31,979 nucleotides of DNA. It comes from Chthoniobacteraceae bacterium. GTDB lineage: Bacteria > Verrucomicrobiota > Verrucomicrobiia > Chthoniobacterales > Chthoniobacteraceae. The DNA lies in NCBI GenBank assembly GCA_040081625.1, contig JBEBGD010000065.1, positions 1-31,979 of the forward strand. Reading direction: 5' to 3'. The notes beneath the pieces are model-generated. The model was given only the letters and a program-made list of their open reading frames with translations, was not told where the DNA came from and searched no databases. Of this stretch, positions 27,426-31,979 are shown piece by piece; positions within the stretch are counted from its first letter, which is position 1; each line of letters opens with the position of its first letter. The position numbers were made by a program, and so were the translations under genes.

Positions 27426-30400
27426 TTAGTTCACGTAAACCGCCTCGTTGCTCAGGAGCAGCGTCTGCGCGTAGGTTTCCCACGCGGTCAGCGGTTTGCG
27501 TTCGACCCAGTCGCCTTCGTTGGTGATCGCCGAGCGGCGGGCGTTGCGCATGTTGCCGGGGCTCTCGGCGCGCTTTTTGAGTTCCTCGAGCTTCTTGTTG
27601 CTTTGCTCGGCCAGTTGCGCGGCGGCTGTCGCGATCTGTTTGCCGCCCATCGTCTCGTCGCCCAGGAAGTCGAACGCCATCCGCACTTCGTTGCCCTTGG
27701 GCAGCCGCGAGAAGATGATCTTGTAGATCGCCTGCACGCGTTGCACGTCGTTGGGCTGGTTGACCACTTCCTTGCGCGCGATGATCCGTCTCGCCACGTC
27801 GATCGCAAACGGACTGTTCATCAGGAACAGCGCCTGTTGCGGCACGATCGTGCTCGTGCGTTTGCTATTGGTCATGTGCGGGTCGCTGAAGTCGAAGTGC
27901 GCCATCAGGTCGGGCAGGTTCCCGCGGTCGATGTAGCCGTAGATCGAGCGCCGGTAGCTATACGGTTCGTCGGTGAGGTTGACCGGGCTGCCGCCGACTT
28001 GCGGCTCAAGCCGGCCGCTCATCACGAGCATCGAGTCGCGCATGGCTTCGAAGTTGAGCCGCCTCACGTTCGCGCGCCATAGGTAGCGGTTGTCCGGGTC
28101 GATGTCTTCGTTGCTCTTCACCGCGTAGCTGCGGATTTGATAGACTTTGCTGAGCATGATGTAGCGGTGCAGTTGCTTGACGCTCCATTTGCCGTCGGTG
28201 ACGAACCAGTCCGCGAGGTAGTTGACCAGGTCGAGGTGGCTGGGCTTTTCGCTTTGCACGCCGATGTCGTCGAGCGTCGGCACGAAGCCGTCGCCGAAGT
28301 GGTGCGCCCACACGCGGTTGACCAGCACGCGCGCCACGGTCGCGTTGTCCTTGCTGGCGATGGCTTGGGCCAGTTCGAGCCGCCCGCTGCCTTTGCTGAA
28401 GCTCAGGCGCTGCCCGCCGGGCGAGAGCACTTCGAGGAACCCGCGCGGCACCACTTCGCCGGGGGCGCCGGCCTGCCCGCGGATGAGCAGCGGCACGTCC
28501 CGCGCGCTGCTCTTGTCCTTGACGACCATCGCCTTGGCGGGCGCGCCGTCGTGGGTCATCGTCAGTTCGTTGATGGCTGCGAAGTTGTAGCGCCCGCGGC
28601 CGCGCATCCGCAGCGGCCATTGGTCGATGAGTGCCTTCATCATCTCGGTGTTCAGCTCCGCGGCGGTGAACGCGCGGAAGATGGCGCCGGCCAGCTCGAG
28701 CGAGTCGCGGTCCACTTTGCTATCCGCGCTCTTTGCCGCGCGCGCGGTGGCGAAGGCGGCCTCGGCCTTGAGGTTGAAGTCGCCAAAGAGTTTGCCGTAG
28801 AGGGCGAACACGTCCTCGAGGTTCGCAGGCTTGAAGCCCTTGAACGCCACCGCCACCAGCGGGTTGTAATTTGCGCCCTTGTTCGCGGCGATCTCCTGCG
28901 CGCGCACGGCGCCCTGCGTCGCGTAGTCGGCGGCGGGGAGTTTTTCAAAGACACGCAGCGGGCCGAAGATGCGCTCGTCGTTGGCCATGCGGCCCGACAC
29001 GAAGTTGGCCACCTGCCCGTCGAGTTTGCCGGCCTCGATGATCGCGTCGCGTTGCTTGAGCGCCGCTTCGTCGCTGCCGCGCCGGCCCAGGTAGGCCGCC
29101 TGCAGGTAGCCGCGCGCGCTCTCGCGGAACTGCCGCGAGCCTTCGCCGAGCACGTCGAAGAAGGTCTTGCGGTCCTCCTCCTCGTATTGCGCGATCTTGT
29201 CCTGGTAGTCCTTGAACCTGGCCAGGTCCGGGCTGTTGAGCACCGGTTGATATTCAGCGTCGGGCTCGTCGATGCTCGAGAAGATGCCCTTGAGCGCATA
29301 GTAATCCTTCTGCGGGATCGGGTCGAACATGTGGTCGTGGCAGCGCGCGCACGAGACGGTCATCCCGAGGAACCCCTTGGTCACCACGTCGATCCGGTCG
29401 TTGATCGTGTCGTCGTTCTGCCGGAAGCGTTCGCCCACGGTCATCAGCCCGAGCGCCGCGAGGTTCTTCTTGTCGTTGCCGGGCATCTGGTCGGCCGCGA
29501 GCTGGTTCATGATGAACTGGTCATACGGCAGGTCCGCGTTCATCGCGTTGATCACCCAGTCCCGATACGTCCAGGCATAGGGATAACGATAGTCATCCTG
29601 CGTGTTGTTGTTCTGGTCGCCGCCGACGGTGTCCGAGTAGCGCGCCGTGTCCAGCCAGTAGCGGCCCCAGCGTTCGCCGTAGTGCGGCGAGGCCAGCAGC
29701 CTCTCGACGATCTTGGCAAAGGCGCCGGTCGATTCGTCCTTGATGAAGGTGTCGATCTCCGCGGGCGTCGGCGGCAGCCCGATCAGGTCGAAATAGGCCC
29801 GGCGCATCAGCGTCTCCTTGTCGGTCAGCGGCGAGGCCACGAGCTTCTTCTCCTCGATCTTCGCCATGATGAAGCTATCAATGGGCGTGAAGCCCCACGA
29901 CGCATTCCTGACCTGCGGCACCGCCGGCCGCTTGAGCGGCACATAGGCCCAGTGCGCCCGCGCCTTGTCGCTCAGGCCCGAGAGCTTCCTGGCCACCGAC
30001 GCCTCACCCGGCTTGCGCGGATCCACCGCGCCCATCTTCACCCACTCGCGGAATGCCGCGATGTCCGCGTCGTCCAGCTTGCCCCCGGTGCTCGAGGGCG
30101 GCATCTGCGTGTCGGAGTCCTTGTATTCGATCGCCTGGATCAGCAGCGACTCGTCCGGCGCACCCGGCTTGAGCGCCGGCCCCGTGTCGCCGCCTTTGCG
30201 CAGCGCCTCGGCCGTGTCCATCGTCAGCCCGCCCTTGCTCTTGCCCTCGGCCACGCTGTGGCACTTGTAGCAGCGCTCGGCCAGCACCGGCGCGATCTTC
30301 TCCCGGAAGAACTTCTCGTGCTCGCCCGCCGCCCCGGTCGCGACCGCGGGCATCGCCGCCGGTGCCGCCGCCTCGCGCGGCGCCGGCGTCGGCGTGGCCT

Positions 30401-30494
30401 TGGCTTTCTTGATGATGGATAGCTTCGCCGGCGAAGCCGCCACCGCCACCACGGCGGAGCATAGCAGACCGGCCAGGATCAGACGCGTGCGCAT
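27426..30494 (-). CDS. Planctomycete cytochrome c / DUF1549 / DUF1553 (PSD1) domain protein
   Basis: Signal peptide; CYKCH with downstream MPP; HWAY; RRAYFDLIGLPPT; SPHYGERWGRYWLD; CARCHDH.FDPI; GRLELA; NRVW.HHFG; RRL..E.MRDS; RRSIY; PQQALFLMNS. Confidence 0.93.
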   Translation of the reverse strand: MRTRLILAGLLCSAVVAVAASPAKLSIIKKAKATPTPAPREAAAPAAMPAVATGAAGEHEKFFREKIAPVLAERCYKCHSVAEGKSKGGLTMDTAEALRKGGDTGPALKPGAPDESLLIQAIEYKDSDTQMPPSSTGGKLDDADIAAFREWVKMGAVDPRKPGEASVARKLSGLSDKARAHWAYVPLKRPAVPQVRNASWGFTPIDSFIMAKIEEKKLVASPLTDKETLMRRAYFDLIGLPPTPAEIDTFIKDESTGAFAKIVERLLASPHYGERWGRYWLDTARYSDTVGGDQNNNTQDDYRYPYAWTYRDWVINAMNADLPYDQFIMNQLAADQMPGNDKKNLAALGLMTVGERFRQNDDTINDRIDVVTKGFLGMTVSCARCHDHMFDPIPQKDYYALKGIFSSIDEPDAEYQPVLNSPDLARFKDYQDKIAQYEEEDRKTFFDVLGEGSRQFRESARGYLQAAYLGRRGSDEAALKQRDAIIEAGKLDGQVANFVSGRMANDERIFGPLRVFEKLPAADYATQGAVRAQEIAANKGANYNPLVAVAFKGFKPANLEDVFALYGKLFGDFNLKAEAAFATARAAKSADSKVDRDSLELAGAIFRAFTAAELNTEMMKALIDQWPLRMRGRGRYNFAAINELTMTHDGAPAKAMVVKDKSSARDVPLLIRGQAGAPGEVVPRGFLEVLSPGGQRLSFSKGSGRLELAQAIASKDNATVARVLVNRVWAHHFGDGFVPTLDDIGVQSEKPSHLDLVNYLADWFVTDGKWSVKQLHRYIMLSKVYQIRSYAVKSNEDIDPDNRYLWRANVRRLNFEAMRDSMLVMSGRLEPQVGGSPVNLTDEPYSYRRSIYGYIDRGNLPDLMAHFDFSDPHMTNSKRTSTIVPQQALFLMNSPFAIDVARRIIARKEVVNQPNDVQRVQAIYKIIFSRLPKGNEVRMAFDFLGDETMGGKQIATAAAQLAEQSNKKLEELKKRAESPGNMRNARRSAITNEGDWVERKPLTAWETYAQTLLLSNEAVYVN

Positions 30495-30518
30495 AGGACT
30501 GGGTTTTGAGGTTAACTC

Positions 30519-31979
30519 TTAAGCGATAACCGACTTCACGACGTTACCGAAATTGTCCGTGAGCCGGAAGTCCCGGCCATTGTAGCGATAGGTCAGCTTC
30601 TCGTGATCGAAGCCCATCAGGTGCATGATCGTCGCGTGCAGGTCATGCACGTGGCACTTGTCGGTCATCGCCTTGCCGCCGAACTCGTCGGTCGCCCCAT
30701 AGGCCGTGCCGCCCTTGACCCCGCCGCCAGCCAGCCACGCCACCATCGCGCGGCCGTTATGATCGCGCCCCGGAGTGCCCCCGCCATTGCGATCACGCGT
30801 CACCGTGCGGCCGAACTCGCCACCCCACCAGATCAACGTCGAATCGAGCAACCCGCGCTGCTTGAGATCGGTCATCAACGCCGCCGCAGGCCCGTCGATG
30901 TCGCCCGCACGCGAGCGCAACGCCGTGTCCAGGTTCGCATGATGATCCCACCCGCCCACATGCACCTGCACGAAGCGCACCCCGCGCTCCACCAGCCGCC
31001 GCGCCACCAGCAGCTTGGCCGCCGTGTCGCTCATCTGGTTGCCCTGCCGCCCCTGCTGCTGCGAAGTGCCCATCACCAGCGCCGCGCTCGGCGTGCTGTA
31101 AAGATCCACGATCTCCTTGGGCTCCTTGCTGATGTCGAACGCATCGGTCGCCTCGGTCTGCATCCGGAACGCAATCTCAAAGGATTCGATGCGCGCCTCG
31201 AGCTGCGCATCCTTCTGCAGCGCCTCCGCGTGCTGCTTGTTGAGCTGCTTGACGAAATCAAGCTGATGGCGCTGCCGCTCCAGCGGCGAAAACTGCGAGC
31301 GAATGTTCGCGATCACTTCATCGAGCGGCATCCCGCGCCGGTAGTTCACATTGGTGCCCTGGAAAATGCCCGGCAGGAACGAGGATTGGCGCCACTCCGC
31401 CGGCGACCCGATGGTCACAAACCCCGGCATGTTCTGATTCTCCGTCCCGAGCCCATAAACCGTCCACGACCCCACCGAAGGCTTGGGCAACTGCAGCGAG
31501 CCCGTATTCATGAACCGCTGCGCGATCTCGTGCGCCGGGATGTCCGTCCACAGCGAACGAATCACCGCCATCTCATCGATGTGCTTGGTCAACTCCGGGA
31601 ACACCTCCGAAGTTTCCACCCCCGACTTGCCCGACTTGGAAAACTTAAACGGCGACCCATACGCAAGCCCATCCATGCCCGGCAGCGTCTTGCCATCATA
31701 CTTGTTGAGCTCCGGCGCCGGATTCCACGTATCGACCCCCGACGGACCACCCGACGCGAACAAATGAATGATCGCCTTGGCCTTGGCCGGGAAATGCGGC
31801 TTGCGCGGCGCCAGCGGCGACATCGCAGCCCCCGCAGCCTCCGCCCCCGGAGGCAGAAACGGATTAACCCCAAAGACCGAAGCCAGCGAAAGCGCCCCCA
31901 CGCTCATGCCCGAGCGCAGCAGCATTTGCCGGCGGGTAAAACACACATCGTCAAACGACGGCGTGTGCTCACGGTGATA
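30519..31979 (-). CDS. DUF1501 domain protein (Tat-like twin-arginine N-terminus; probably 5'-truncated)
   Basis: TRRQML; HFPAKAK.II.LF..GGPS..DT; PSVGSW..YGLGTEN; AFRMQ; ARRLVERGVRFVQ; WDHH; GEFGRT; GRDHN; HVHDLHAT. The frame is open to the window end. Confidence 0.93.
   Translation of the reverse strand, partial: YHREHTPSFDDVCFTRRQMLLRSGMSVGALSLASVFGVNPFLPPGAEAAGAAMSPLAPRKPHFPAKAKAIIHLFASGGPSGVDTWNPAPELNKYDGKTLPGMDGLAYGSPFKFSKSGKSGVETSEVFPELTKHIDEMAVIRSLWTDIPAHEIAQRFMNTGSLQLPKPSVGSWTVYGLGTENQNMPGFVTIGSPAEWRQSSFLPGIFQGTNVNYRRGMPLDEVIANIRSQFSPLERQRHQLDFVKQLNKQHAEALQKDAQLEARIESFEIAFRMQTEATDAFDISKEPKEIVDLYSTPSAALVMGTSQQQGRQGNQMSDTAAKLLVARRLVERGVRFVQVHVGGWDHHANLDTALRSRAGDIDGPAAALMTDLKQRGLLDSTLIWWGGEFGRTVTRDRNGGGTPGRDHNGRAMVAWLAGGGVKGGTAYGATDEFGGKAMTDKCHVHDLHATIMHLMGFDHEKLTYRYNGRDFRLTDNFGNVVKSVIA

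Noticed and set aside
28137..30422. 761-aa plus-strand ORF
   Set aside because: Antisense shadow of the PSD1 gene.
30511..30516. GTTAAC (HpaI site) in the DUF1501-PSD1 intergenic gap
   Set aside because: A single site in an AT-rich spacer gives no evidence of epigenetic regulation. The R-M specificity is itself inferred, and I could not count sites exhaustively.

Overview
High-GC bacterial chromosomal segment, most likely Verrucomicrobiota (Chthoniobacter/Spartobacteria-like). This is inferred from the PSD1/DUF1501 pair, the secreted-protein domain types and the GyrB/E1 sequence style. About 23 genes. Left to right: a partial HYR/NxxGxxAF-repeat surface protein; a secreted heavy-metal-binding protein; a 2-oxoacid dehydrogenase E1a-E1b-E2 operon (-); a CAP-domain secreted protein; a LarA-family racemase/epimerase next to gnd; a deletion-riddled gene relic; gyrB-[HpaI-like REase, MTase, 88-aa ORF]-gyrA (-); a divergent STT3/AglB-like glycosyltransferase coupled to a flavoprotein disulfide reductase; pilT; the DUF1015-coaD-yceD-rpmF-plsX cluster (-); and a DUF1501/PSD1-cytochrome pair (-). 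The most notable items are (i) a promoterless type II R-M cassette plus an orphan antitoxin-like ORF inside the essential gyrase operon, (ii) an oligosaccharyltransferase-like protein that keeps catalytic motifs but has WWL in place of WWD, (iii) a probable gluconate/mannonate epimerase-gnd module, and (iv) a frameshifted relic that the ORF track splits into three pieces. No rRNA, tRNA, CRISPR array or transposase was seen. All family calls come from motif recognition by eye, not database searches.
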